A DNA stretch of 64,000 nucleotides from Octopus vulgaris (GCA_951406725.2 OX597814.1:126728001-126792000); one strand, 5' to 3'; positions 14,151 to 27,900 are shown, counted from the first letter of the stretch. Numbers and translations: made by a program. The notes: generated from the letters alone by a model not told the origin.

Positions 14151-14407
14151 AACTCAGAAAACAATGTTTTTTTCAATTGCAACAACATTTAGGTATTTTT
14201 ATAGCATTAACAGAATTAACTATTCACAGCACAACACTAACACTGACATCTGCTCTCACATTAGCAGCAACAACACTTTATACTAACATTAACACGTACA
14301 ATGCCTTGTTCACACTTGTGTTAGGTACTTTTGGCAATGTTTCGATAGCTGTATATGAGAGAATCTGACCAAATACCAAGACAGTGTCCGTTGCTGTACA
14401 GGTTCTA

Positions 14408-14776
14408 TCTTTATATATAAAAGTGAAGTTGTGTGTCTGTCTCCTACGAATCAGATTCCTAACTACTCCCACATTTTGCGGTGCAGTTTAACCAAAACCG
14501 GGTATCTTATAGTCGTGATTCATATCGAGCCCTTCTACGATTTAAAAAAAAATTTACCATCATTTTTTTCCATTTTAATGCATTTTTTCGCTATTATATA
14601 AGGGAAGTAACTCTCTAAAAATGTCTACGATGAGTCAACGATTTAAAAAAAATTTACCATCATTTTTTTTCCCCTTTTTAATGCATTTTTTTGCTATTTT
14701 TTGGCTATAACTCTCTAAAAATGCTTATATAGTTATTTCCCTTACAAACCCGAGCAACGCCGGGCGATACTGCTAG
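14408..14776 (+). mobile_element. Non-autonomous Helitron
   Basis: A|TC 5' end, GTGTGTCTGTCT near the 5' end, 3' hairpin CCCGAGCAACGCCGGG (14749-14764), then CTAG|T. Confidence 0.8.
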
Positions 14777-14789
14777 TATATATTAAAAA

Positions 14790-15217
14790 TAATGTAATTA
14801 TTGTATACAGTGTTCAGGTGCACCACAACTTGTCAAAAGTGCATATAAAGCATATGCAGTAATGTACAAATGTCTGAAAAGTGAACAGTGTATGAGTCAG
14901 ATACATGCTTGCGTGTGTATGGAGGTGTAGTGTTGGCGAATCTCAGGAAGCATGGAAGTTTTGAAGGATGCAGTGCTCCGACAACTAACGACTGATGCCG
15001 GCAGTTTGTTCCATACTTCAGCAACTCTTAGCGTGAAAAAATGTTTCCGAAAGTCATGGGAGCTGTGCTGTTTTCTGACTTTGTAAACATGTCCACGGGT
15101 GTTAGACAGGTGGAGTTTGAAAAGGTGTTCAGAGTTTATTGTTAGTAAGATGGTTAATAATTTTATGGGTGTCTGCCAAGTCAGCTGCCAGACGTCGGAG
15201 TTCCAATGTATCCATTC
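14790..15217 (-). mobile_element. CR1-type LINE 3' end
   Basis: LELRRLAADL...TRGHVYKV...RKHFFTLRVAEVWNKLP; homologous to 16135-16445(+) and 63228-63675(+). Confidence 0.85.
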
Positions 15218-16134
15218 TGAGAAACGTTTTCTTTTGACAAGCAATATGAATATCGTTAGCAATGTTTTTCACATTAACGACAATAAGAACAGCATTATCA
15301 AAGGAGGGAGAGCAGATTAAGAAGTTTTTACTTGACATTGAGACAAAATATCCTTTTTATTTTCATTTTTCTCTTTTATTTATTTCAGTCATTTGACTGC
15401 GGCCCTTCTGGGGCAGTGCCTTTAGTCGGGCAAGTCGACCCCCAGGACTATTCTTTGTAAGCCTAGTACTTATTTTATCAGTCCTTTCTGCCGAACCGTT
15501 AAGTTACGGCGACGTAAACACACCAGTATCGGTTGTCAAGCGATGATGGCGGCGACACACACACATACATTTTATACATAAACGACGGGCTTCTTTCAGT
15601 TTCCGTGTACCAAATCTATAGTAGAAAACACTTGCCCAAGGTGCCACGCAGTGGGATTGAACCCGGAACCATGTGGTTGGTAAGCAAGTTACTTACCACG
15701 CAGCCACTCCTGCACCTACATAAACTATATCAGCTAAGCAAATGACCTCTAAATGCATTAAAAGCATTATAACAATAATGTGATGACTATTTCAGAAAAT
15801 TATCGCTGTTCTCTTTGAGCATATAAAAGACAAATTTAGCTGGGGTAAAGTGAGTAGTCCAAGGTATGGTAAAGTTGCTGCTTCATTTCTCCAGAAAACA
15901 GTCACACACTTCAATATCCATCCCCAGCCATCAGAAATTTCAAAAAGATTAAATATCTCAGTCAAATGAAAGAGTATCGTGGAAAAATGGCACCTGATAT
16001 GAAATTAATAAAGCTTGACCAAATAAGAAAAAAATCACCATAAAATATTCTCTAAAGCTTCTTCACAAATTGCTGGAGTGTCTCTTTTCATGATATATAT
16101 TTATACAGCATGCAGTTAAAGAGAAGAAATTGAA

Positions 16135-16445
16135 ATGTTTACAAAGTCAGAAAACAGCACAGTTCCCATGACATTCGGAAACATTTTTTCACGCTGAAGC
16201 ACGGAACAAACTACCGGCATCAGTTGTTAGTTGTCGGAGCACTGCATCCTTCAAAACTTCCATGCTTCCTGAGATTCGCCAACACTACACCTGATTTTCT
16301 GCCCTCCATACACATGCAAGCATGTATCTGACTCATACACTGTTCACTTCCCAGACATTTGTACATTACTGCATATGCTTTATACACACTTTTGACAAGT
16401 TGTGGTGCACCTGAGCACTGTATACAATAATTTCATTATTATTAT
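16135..16445 (+). mobile_element. CR1-type LINE 3' end
   Basis: Same family; (ATT)n tail. Confidence 0.85.
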
Positions 16446-18203
16446 TTAAATTAGCCTTTACTCATTTTGCTCCATTTAAATTAGATATTAGCATGAGAAA
16501 AAGATTGACTTGGAATCCAGCAGAAAAGAATATTGATTGTTAAATACTAAAAATTATCCAGATATTTTATTAGCAACCTCAATTACAATTGGTTCAAAGT
16601 TGAGGGAAAGTTTCTTGAAAACAAGGACCTGTCACCTGACTATGTTTCAGATTCTCTCAACTTCCGCAACAACTATGGTGACTAATTTTTACTCATAAAT
16701 ATAATGTGAGGCAATACAAAATGGTGATGCAATACTTGTAATGATTTCAAACAGATGTGAATGAAATGGCAAGAAATCAGAAATTATTCATTTTACTCCG
16801 GATACTAATTTTTCCCCCTCCCCTTATAGTAGCAGAAACAACATCCTAGAAGAAACCTGTTTAGTCACCTCTACAAGGAATTAAACACTGAAATCTTCCA
16901 ATCACTCAGCTGTCTGAGAAATGGAAGGACACAATGGATAATATGTTCAAAGATAAAACAATAGTCATGGCAGTGCAGGCATTTAATCATTTATTAAGAA
17001 GGGAAAGAATATTTTGTGTCAGGCCTAACCAAAGAACAAACAGTAACAGCCACAACATACCATAATGTGCTACATTGTACTCCATTTCTGTACTCTACAT
17101 TAAAACATACTATACTACACCACTGATAGTTATTCCACTCACATACATTGTCAGTACTCTACACTTGCACTGTTAGTACTCTGATGTGCTATCTATAACT
17201 CTTCAGAAATTGTGAAATAATTACTAAAAATCAGAATAATTGTTATTGTGTGAGAGGAAAGTCCATAGAGCTTATTATCTTTACTGGTGAAAGACTGTTT
17301 GGTGCTTGTGTACAGAATACTGAGATCATGTGAAGATTAGAGAGAGCCTCCTTCATATGTTGTATGTGTATCTTGTTTGCAGAAAGTCAAATCCATGTTC
17401 CATGGCCATTGTAAGAACTTTCTGAATTAGTGTTCATCCACTAATTCAGAAAGTTACAGTTCTTTCCTGCTCTCTTGTGTTATCTCTTCTTATATTCTAC
17501 ACAGTTTATCTTTGAATAACAATAATTTATATGTATTTATTTCTTTATTGCTCACAGGGGGCTAAACAGAAGGAACAAGCAAGGACAAAGGGATTAAGTT
17601 GATCATTACATTACAGCTGGCTCTAGTATAACCATTCCACATTTCACTACTGATTTGAAGATAAAATATGTCAAAAAGCAGCACAGGTCAGTCAAAACAT
17701 TTTCTTTTTATGTCTAAATCCAAAAACTATTCATGTAATTGTTAAGTAACAAGTCAAGATGATCAAGCAGATACATGGTCGAAGGAATTCCAGCCATGAC
17801 CGTCATATCTTAATTTCAGGTATATCATCATCATCATCATCATTTAACGTCCGTCTTCCATGCTGGCATGGGTTGAACGGTTTGACTAAAAACTGGTAAG
17901 TTGATGAGCTGCACCAGGTTCCAATCTGATTTGGCATGGTTTCTACAGCTACATTCTTTTAATAATTGATGTCTCATGATGGGTATGTACTGGTGCTCTC
18001 CCTTATTTATATTGAATGTTGAGCTGTCACATTATTTGTTGAGTAAAGTGTTTGGTGTACACGTCTGTTATTTTTACTTCTTACCACAGTTTATTCAACA
18101 GCCAAACTGAGTCACAGAGCACTTACCCATCGTATGATACATCAGTTAAAATATAAACAGAACATAGGTGTAGGGTTGGTTGTGTGGTAAGAAGCTTGCT
18201 TCC

Positions 18204-19885
18204 TGTTGCACAGTGAGGACGTGAGCTTTGAGCTCTGTCCTAAAAAGAAAAAAGAACAAAAACAGAGAAGGTCGTCGAGGTAGGCGATTTTGTTTGTTGT
18301 GAGCTGGGCATAATTTATTGCATGTGAATTATTTTTGCAGTAAATTGTGCTCAGCTCTGGGGCAATTTCACCTGCTCTTGGCAGCTGTTGTTTTTGTATA
18401 TCAAGAATTTATTGAATTCATTTTTGGTGGGGTGTATCCTCGCCCGAATAGAACCTGTTGCAGTTACCGTTGGCTGTAGCCAGCATTGTGTTTGAATTTT
18501 TGGATTAATTTACCAATTACCGGACACAAAAAAAGATTTATGCCAAGGACCCTATCCACATTAGGCCGGGATTACCTGTTGGCTAGGAGATTGGATTTTT
18601 GCCTTGTGAACTGTTTTTCTATTTTCCGTTTATCCTTCCTGATTTTTTCTTTCTTTTTGAACTATTAATTAATTTTTGGACTTTGTTTTATTTATTTTTT
18701 TAAAAAACTTTTTGTGTACCTTTTTTACATTCTCTTTGAACTTTTTGGGGGAACTTTTAAGAATTTCTTTTTTGCACATGGCAAAAACAAACGGTGCCGC
18801 TGTTTTAGAGTAGGAGGTGGTCCCACCCAAACAGTGGATTAAAGATCTTGAGAAGGGGATGGTGGTACTATGGACCTATTCTAGGTCGTGTGGTGCCATC
18901 ACCCTCTTCGACAAGAGTCTAATAGAGAGAGAGTTGGCACACTACCTGCCAACTATAAAATTTATTTCATGGGGGACCAAATTTGCAATGGTCTGGTTGC
19001 TGTTTGGTACCCGCGAGGAAGCTGGCAGATTTGCCAGCGAGCCCCTTGAGGGGAAGGAAATTTTGTTCCTTCCCACTTATTGTGGGAGGAAGATGAGAAG
19101 AGCCTGGGCATGGAGGCGGGATGGATCAAGAATACCATCCGGCAAGGCCTGGGGAAGAGCGGGCCCAGGCTATTGAGTGTGAAGATTGCTCCCACGGTCG
19201 ACTGGGAGGGGTCAAAGGCAGCTTTGACCCTGTGGACCCCGGTGGGCGTGGGAGATATGATGTTCCCGGACTTCCTAAAAATGGCCGGGTACAGGTATCC
19301 GGAGATATTTGAGGGACGTTCCCCCCCCCCTCCACGTGTCACCTGTACTTGGAGCCTGTCCAGGGGGCCTTGGAGCATGATAAAGAGGTGGCCGCCAACG
19401 GAGCCGCAGGTGGGATGTGTGCCGCCTGCGGATAGGGCTCCGTCAGTGGGAAGTGTGCCACTGACAGAGCAGTGTGAGGTCCCTTTCTGTGAAGAGGAGG
19501 AGTTTGTCCTCCGTTACCACGAGGGAGGCACAGTGAGTAAATTTTTGGATGGCTTGGGTGACCGAGAACGTGTGTACTCGGTCTGCTCAAGTAGTCCGAT
19601 ATGGCCTCCGCAACCACCTGCGGAGGTAGTAACTGAAAAAATTTGCCTTCCTCTTTGCAGGCCCCGACTTGTCAATGCAGAGTTGTCTGCAGGCGGCAAG
19701 TCACTTTGCTTGGGGGACCTGACAAGGAGGATTGTTATAAGAAACTTTGTATCCAAGGGTTTGTCGGTCGGTGGGCGCCGACATCCCTATCATCTGTATC
19801 ATTTTGTTTCATTTCATCTCATCTTGTCCATGTCCAGCCCACAAGCTTCTCTGTATAAGGCTTATATGGCCAATTCAATGAAATA
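18204..19885 (+). mobile_element. Tx1/L1-like non-LTR element carrying only a decayed ORF1-like sequence, with a 15-bp TSD
   Basis: TSD AAGAAGCT(T/C)GCTTCC at 18189-18203 and 19886-19900; AATAAA at the 3' end; broken ORF from ATG 18778 with RRM-like segment and EGR(S)PP..TCHL(Y) knuckle remnant. Confidence 0.65.
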
Positions 19886-20032
19886 AAGAAGCTCGCTTCC
19901 CAACCACATAGTTCTCAGTTAAGTTTTACTACATGGCATCTTAAGCAAGGAAGAACACATTGGATAATGCAGCCCCAGTTATTTACAATTATCACACAAT
20001 GTCAAGACAAGACAAGAAGACACAAATACTCA

Positions 20033-20073
<41 letters not shown>

Positions 20074-21111
20074 GTTATATGTATTGTGAAGTCGCATGGC
20101 TTAGTGGTTAGGGCATTCGGCTCATGATTGTAAGGTCGTGAGTTTGATTCCCAGCGACGTGTTGTGTCCTTGAGCAAGACACTTTTATTTTATGTTGCTC
20201 CAGTCCACTCAGCTGGCAAAAATGAGTTGTACCTGTATTTCAAAGGGCTGACCTTGTTCTGTATCTTTGTTCATCATCATCCTTTAAAGTCTGTTTTCCA
20301 TGCTGACATGGTTTGGATGGTTTGACCAGAGCTGGTTGTACCAGGGTCCAGTCTGATTTGGCTTGGTTCCTATTGCTGGATACCATTCCTAATACCTATT
20401 TCTTTACTACCCACAAGGGGCTAAACACAGAGGGGACAAACAAGGACAGACAAATGGATTAAGTCGATTATATTGAACCCAGTGCGTAACTGGTACTTAA
20501 TTTATCGACCCCGAAAGGATGAAAGGCAAAGTCGACCTCGGCAGAATTTGAACTCAGAACGTAACGGCAGATGAAATACGGCTACACATTTCGATCGGCA
20601 TGCTAACGTTTCTGCCAGCTCGGTACCAGGTACCATAACCTGAACCCTTCCTAATACCAACCACTTCACAAAGTGTGCTGGGTGCCTTCTGCATGGCACT
20701 GGCACAAGTACATTTTATGTGGCTCAGACCATGGGCTCTTGCAAACCAAAGACCTCTTCAGCTAGGGGAGGAGCATTAACAATTCCGTTGTGGTGGGTAG
20801 GTCTTCTTCAGTACAGCAAGGCACCAGATGTCTCAGTCTTTTGTCATTTTCTTTGTAAGGTTCAGTGTCCTGAGATCAGTCTTCACTACTTCATCCCATG
20901 TTTTCCTGGGTCTCCCTCTTGCACTAGTTCCATCCACTCTAAGTGATTAGCACTTCTTTTTGCAGCTGTCTGCATCTATCCACATCACATGACCAAACCA
21001 GCATAGTCTTTGAGAGATAATTCTTAATTTGCATTATTTTGTTTAATAAATCAAATCACTTTCAATGTTTCAGTCAATAGAAAATGCTTGCCACTAGTAT
21101 TTTTAATATAT

Positions 21112-22420
21112 GCAGGAGAAATACCTAGCCAAAGATAAACATCTGTACCTGGCTTTCCTTGACATGGAGAAAGCCTTTGACAGGGTCCCCGATCCCTTAT
21201 CTGGTGGTCAATGAGGAAACTAGGGATAGATGAATGGTTAGTGAGAGCTGTGCAAGCCATGTACAGGGACGCTGTCAGTAAGGTGAGGGTTGGCAACAAG
21301 TACAGTGAAGAATTCCGGGTAGAGGTAGAGGTCCACCAAGGTTCAGTCCTCAGCCCCCTTCCTATTTATCATAGTTCTCCAGGCAATAACAGAGGAATTC
21401 AAGACAGGATGCTCCTGGGAGCTCCTCTATGCTGATGACCTTGCTCTAATTGCTTAGTCACTATCAGAACTAGAGTAAGAATAGTCTGGGCAAAGTTCAG
21501 AGAGCTCTTACCTCTGCTGGTGACAAAAGGCCTCTCGCTCAGAGTAAAAGGCAGACTGTATGACGCATGTGTACAAAGAGCCATGCTACATGGCAGTGAA
21601 ACATGGACCGTGACTGCTGAGAATATGCGTAAGCTCGCAAGAAATAAAGCCAGTATGATCCGATGGATGTGTAATGTCAGTGTTCATACTCAACAGAGTG
21701 TAAGTACCTTGAGAGAAAAGTTCGACCTAAGAAGCATCAGTTGTGGTGTGCAAGAGAGATGACTGCGCTGGTATGGTCATGTGGCGAGAATGGATGAAGA
21801 TAGTTGTGTGAAAAAGTCCCACACCCTAGCGGTTGAAGGAACCTGTGGAAAAGGTACTCCCAGGAAAACCTGGGATGTGGTGGTGAAGCACAACCTTCGA
21901 ACAATAGGTCTCACTGAGGTAATGACTTGCGACCAAGACCTTTAGAAGTATGCTGTGCTTGAGAAGACCCAGCAGGACAAGTGAGACCATAACCCGTGGC
22001 CTCTTCCTGGGATGTAGCCAGCCCACCTATGCACACCTTTCCTTCTTGGGACACAAAACTCTGCTTGTGAAGACCTGTTGAGGCAAGTGAAATTGAAATT
22101 GCTCAAAAATCAATGGTAATTGCAGTTGTGATACCAGTGCCAGTGGCATGTAAAAGAACCATTTGAATTGCCAGCAACACCCTGATTGGCCTCTGTGCCG
22201 GTGGCACGTAAAAAGCATCAATCCGATTGTGGCTGTTGCCAGCCTTGCCTGGCAAAAAGCATCCACTACACTCACGGAGTGGTTGGCGTTAGGAAGGGCA
22301 TACAGCTGTAGAAACACTGCCTGATCAGACTGGGCCTGGTGCAGCCTCCTGGCTTCCCAGACCCCAGTCGAACCATCCAACCCATGCTAGCATGGAAAGC
22401 AGACGTTAAACGATGATGAT
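21112..22420 (+). mobile_element. RTE LINE 3' fragment with internal deletion
   Basis: Homologous to the 9035-12220 copy; RT pieces, 3' UTR and (GAT)n tail. Confidence 0.9.
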
Positions 22421-22526
22421 GTTGACATTTAGCACTGTATATATCTGGATATTGTCACATAATCTTGTATTACATATAACAATTTTAAACCTCTATCTTT
22501 TAAATTTCTGTTATTCCATGTTACAG

Positions 22527-22588
22527 AGCATCCCTACTTACCTTTGCCCAAAGAAGTTCTTGCCAAAGAAACTGAACTCAACATTCTG
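22527..22588 (+). CDS. POP4: POP4 exon (xHPYLPLPKEVLAKETELNIL), phase 1 to 0
   Basis: ttacAG acceptor and GTAATT donor; open frame is phase-compatible with the next exon; sequence similarity is weak. Confidence 0.7.
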
Positions 22589-24263
22589 GTAATTCCATAC
22601 TAAATTTCACTCTTTTCTAAAACTGTTCTGAAATCTTTGTTGATATTAGTTTTATTTCATTTTATTGGTGTGTATGAAATGAACTACAGAATTTTTTTTG
22701 TGACTTCCTTCCATCATGGAATGCCTCCTTTGGCTTTTGTTAGTAACTTTGTTGCTCCCACAAAAAGCACCCAGTACCCTGTGTTTGGTAATTCAGCTGA
22801 ATAGTGACAACACAGGGCTTGGGAGAGTTCTTTAGTTTTGCTGATGGCAAAGTTACCTCTAAAGTGCTGGTGCCAAAATAAGCCTAGTACTCTGTAAAAT
22901 GTTTGGTGTGAAGAATGGCATCCAGTCCTAGAATCTGTGCCTAAAATGTGACATTGGAGTAAGATGTAGTCCTGCAACTCATTCAATTATGTTGAACCAA
23001 TGTGGCCGTTGCCAGCACCACCTCCTATGCCAATATGGATAGTGGACAAATGATGATATAAATTGTTAAAATTAATGCAAAATAAACTGGCAAATTGTCA
23101 GTCATTAAGTGTAAAGAAAAATGCCTTGTAGTATTGTCTCAACTCTTTGCACTCTGAATTAAAACACTAGTGGTATTTAATAATGAGAAAGATCTGGGAA
23201 ATTGTAGTAGTGATTGCTGTTATTTGTTAAGGGGAGAGACGTATGATATTGTAGCAATGATGATTGTTTATGTAAGAGTTGTGCAATATCGTAGCAGTGA
23301 TGGCTATTTGAGAGAGATATTAGATATTATAGCAGTTATGGATATTGTTAATTTATTTATCATTAATAATTTTTATCTAAAATTTGTCAATATTTTCATG
23401 GAAATAAGGCGGCAAGCTGGCAGAAATGTTAGCACGCCGGGGAAAATACTTAGCAGTATTTCATCTGTCTTTACGTTCTGAGTTCAAATTCTGCCTAGGT
23501 TGACTTTGCCTTTCATCTTTTCAGAATCGATAAATTAAGTACCAGTTGCATACTGGGGTCAATCTAATCAACCGGTCCCCTCCCCAAAAATTTTGGGCCT
23601 TGTACCTAGAGTAGAAAAGAATATTTCATGGAAATAACACTGCAATTCAGTTCTAACAAAGTTGAAGTGCTTTGGCCTTTATCTGATGTCTCTAACATTC
23701 ATCGAAGTTAGCATACACCATTGTTTGTTCTGTCAAGGCATTGAAACAGATTTAACTCAATTTCTAATCCTGAATGGCCTAAATACTAGAATTATATCAA
23801 TTACAATAAAGCATGAGAACAGGATATATATTGTATTGTTAACACTATAAGCTATTTAGTTTTTTCCCCCTTCAGTTTATTCAAGCACAGTCATGACTGT
23901 AGAGTTAAGATGTTTGCTTTGCAAGTTCATGGTTTTGGGTTCAGTTCCACTGTGTAGCACCTTGGTCATGACTTCTTCTATAACCCCAGGCCAACCAATG
24001 CCTTGTGAATGAATCTGGTTGGTGGAAACTGCAAAAACATGTCATATGTGTGTCTCCATCGCCTCTTAACAACAGGTGATAGTTTATTTACTTCCCCTTA
24101 ACTTAGTGGTTCAACAAAAGAGACCAAGTACAAGATTTTTGAAAAAATAAGTACTGTGGTCAATTTATCCAATTAAAACCCTTCAAGGTGGTTCCTCAGC
24201 ATAGCTACAGTCCAGTGACTGGAATATTTCACTGTGACAAACTGGCATTATTTCATTGCCATC

Positions 24264-24300
<37 letters not shown>

Positions 24301-24916
24301 AAAATCAAAAGGAAATTGTAGTTGTGATACCAGTGCCGGTGGCACGTAAAAGAACAATCCGAATGTGGCCGTTGCCAGCACCACCTCGACTGGCCTCTAT
24401 GCCGGTGGCACGTAAAAAGCACCAACCAATCATGGCCGTTGCTAGCCTCGCCTGGCACGTAAAAGGCGCCCACTACACACGGAGTGGTTGGCGTTAGGAA
24501 GGGCATCCAGCTGTAGAAACACTGCCAGATCAAACTGAGCCTGGTACTGCCTCCTGGCTTCCCAGACCCCAGTCGAACTGTCCAACCCATGCTAGCATGG
24601 AAAGTGGACGTTAAATGATGATGATGATGAATAAAATATTTTTATTGTTTTATTTCAGAGCCAGAAAGATTTACAGGAAAACTTTCTTGCCAACTTTTTA
24701 GCCCAAACTGTCGAAAATCCAAGTCATACACTTGAAATCATCACAGAAGACCAAAAAATTCAATCAAGATGGGTCGACTGGAGGACACAACGACATCTCA
24801 CCAAATCTAAACATCACAAGAAAACTCTATCATCCAAACTGAGGAAACAATTGAAAATATTTCACATTCAACCTGAAGTCCAAAAGTGAGAAATTCTTGT
24901 CAATCGTAGTTGTTAC

Positions 24917-24973
<57 letters not shown>

Positions 24974-27900
24974 TATTACATTAGACATTGAACTACTGGC
25001 TTTGTTGTAAATAAAGACTTGAGGTATTTCGTGTTGCAAGACACCATGTGAGAGAGAATCGTGATGTTGTAGGAGAGAAATGTGTCCGCATGGATGATGG
25101 TTCTCTTGCATTAAACGAGGCTGCAAAGAGAGAGGTTTGGAGATGCCACTATGAAAGGTTGCTGAATAAAGAAAATGGATGGGAGAAAGAGAGTCTGCCG
25201 AATGTTGACCCAACAGGGACCAGCTATCCGAGTTGACAGTACCTTGGTAAATAAAACAAGAGTATGAAGACAGGGAAAGCCCCTGGCCCATCAGGAATCA
25301 CTGCAGAGATGCTCAAAATATCTGGCAGTGTCGGCTATAGCTTAGTTACCCATATAGATAACCAGGTGATACACGAAGGAGTCATACCTAATGACTGGTG
25401 TAGCAGCACTATAGTCAACTGCTACAAAGGTAAAGGTGATGCTTTAGGCACAAATAATTACATAGGTATCAAGTTGCTGGATCAGGTAATGAAGGTCACG
25501 GAGAGGGTCATAGCCCAACTAATTAGGGAGAGAGTCAGTTTAGATGAGATGCAGTTTGGGTTCGTGCCAGGGAAAAGCACCACTGATGCTATATTTCTGG
25601 TAAGACAGCTGCAGGAGAAATACTTAGCCAAAAATAAACCTCTGTACCTGGCTTTTGTTGACATAGAGAAAGCCCCCAATCTCTTATCTGGTGGTCAATG
25701 AGGTAACTAGGGATAGATGAATGGTTAGTGAGAGCTGTACAAGCCATATACAAGACGCTGTCAGTAAGGTGAGGGTTGGCAACGAGTACACTGAAGAATT
25801 CAGGGTAGAGGTAGGAGTCCAAGGTTCAGTCCTTAGACCCCTCCTATTTATCATAGTCCTCCAGGCAATAACAGAGGAATTCAAGACAGGATGCCCCTGG
25901 GAGCTCCTCTATGCTGACAACCTTACTCTAATTGCTTAGTCACTATCAGAACTCGGAGAAGTTTCAGGTGTGGAAACAAGGATTAGAATCAAAGGGCCTT
26001 AGAGTCAACCTAGCTAAAACCAAAGTCCTAATAAGTAGGAAGCCAGGCAAACTACAGATCCCTTCAGGTAGATGGCCCTGCTCGATCTGTAGAAAAGGCG
26101 TAGGTAGAAACTCGATAAGATGTACCCGCTGTAAGCTATGGACACATAAGAGGTGCAGCAATGTCAAAGGAAGGCTAACTGGGAAGATAGTTTTTGTATG
26201 TGGCAGATGCTCAGGAGCAATAAACGCTGAAAATGTGCAGAGAACAATTTTTGCCACACTCCAGGGGGAAAAACTAGAAGTAGTTGATATCTTCCATTAC
26301 CTAGGTGACCTAGTCAGTAGCGGGGGAGTGTGCGCTGAAAGTGTAGCTGCTAGAATAAGAATAGCCTGGGCAAAGTTCAAGGAGCTTTTACCTCTGCTGG
26401 TGACCAAGGGCCTCTCACTCAGAGTAAAAGGTAGACTGTATGACGCATGTGTACGAAGAGCCATGCTACATAGCAGTAAAACATGAGCCGTGACTGCTGA
26501 GAACATGCATAAACTTGCAGGGAATGAAGCCAGTATGATCCGATGGGTGTGTAATGTCAGTGTGCATACTCGACAGAGTGTAAGTACCTTGAGAGAAAAG
26601 TTGGACCTAAGAAGCATCAGAAATGGTGTGCAAGAGAGACGACTGCACTGGTATGGTCATGTAGCGAGAATGGATGAGAATAGCTGTGTGAAAAAGTGCC
26701 ACACCCTAGCGGTTGAGGGAACCCGTGGAAAAGGAAGACCTGGGATTAGGTGGTGAAGCATGACCTTTGAACATTAGGCCTCACAGAGGCAATGGCTAGT
26801 AACCAAGACTTTTGGAAATATGCTGTGCTTGAGAAGACAAGGCAAGCCAAGTGAAACCATAACCTCGTGGCCTATGCCAGGGGTGTAACCAGCCCACTTA
26901 TGCGTACCTTTCCTTCATTGGACACTAAACTCTGCTTGCGAAGACCTGTTGAGGCAAGTGAAATCGTAATCAAATTCGATGACTGGCATCTGTGCTAGTA
27001 GAGCGCTAAGAGCACCATCCAAGCAAGGTTGTTGCCAGTGCTGCTGGACTGGCTCCTGTGAAGGTGGCACGTAAAAAATACCATTTGAGCGTGGCTGTTG
27101 CTAGTACCACCTGACTGGCCCTCATGCCGGTGGCACGTAAAAGCACCCACTACACTCTCAGAGTGGTTGGCATTAGGAAGGGCATCCAGCTGTAGAAACC
27201 CGACCAGATTAAGATTGGAGCCTGGTGCAGCCATCTGGTTCGCCATTCCTCAGTCAAATCGTCCAACCCATGCTAGCATGGAATATGGACGTTAAACGAT
27301 GATGATGATTCAGTTTGCTTGGTTAACAACAATTTTCATTCATATAACATATGAATCAGCCATAAAAAAAAAGTTTGCAAAATATATTTCAGATGTACTC
27401 ACAGATAATAAAAATATTAAAAAGTAATTTTGAAGTCTGTTTGACTGATAAGAGAACTGAAGTAACATTGTAACAGTTCATGTTTAATTCTGTAAATGAT
27501 ACTTGACATCATTAGTAGTAGCATTAATGTTTTAAATCTTTTGTAGCCATACATCTAATGAATACAGTCAATGCATTCTAGAAAATAATAAACTCTTTCT
27601 TGTGGGTTAGTAAAATAACTAACTTTATCATTATTAAGCTGCTGCTTGGAGTGTAACTAAAAAATAAAGTAATAATTCTTTCATAAAATTACAGTAGAGT
27701 TTAATTTAAATGTGAAAACTTGAAAATTTAAGGTTTTGTACAACAGAAGCATCAATGGCTTCATAACATGGCTAAACAATACAATATTCTCTGTTTTGGG
27801 AGTTATAACATCTCAATTATGAGGTCCAAACATATAGAAGTATTTGTATTCCATATAATTCTACCCAAAATTTACCTGCTCTGCTATACAAATTTCATAT

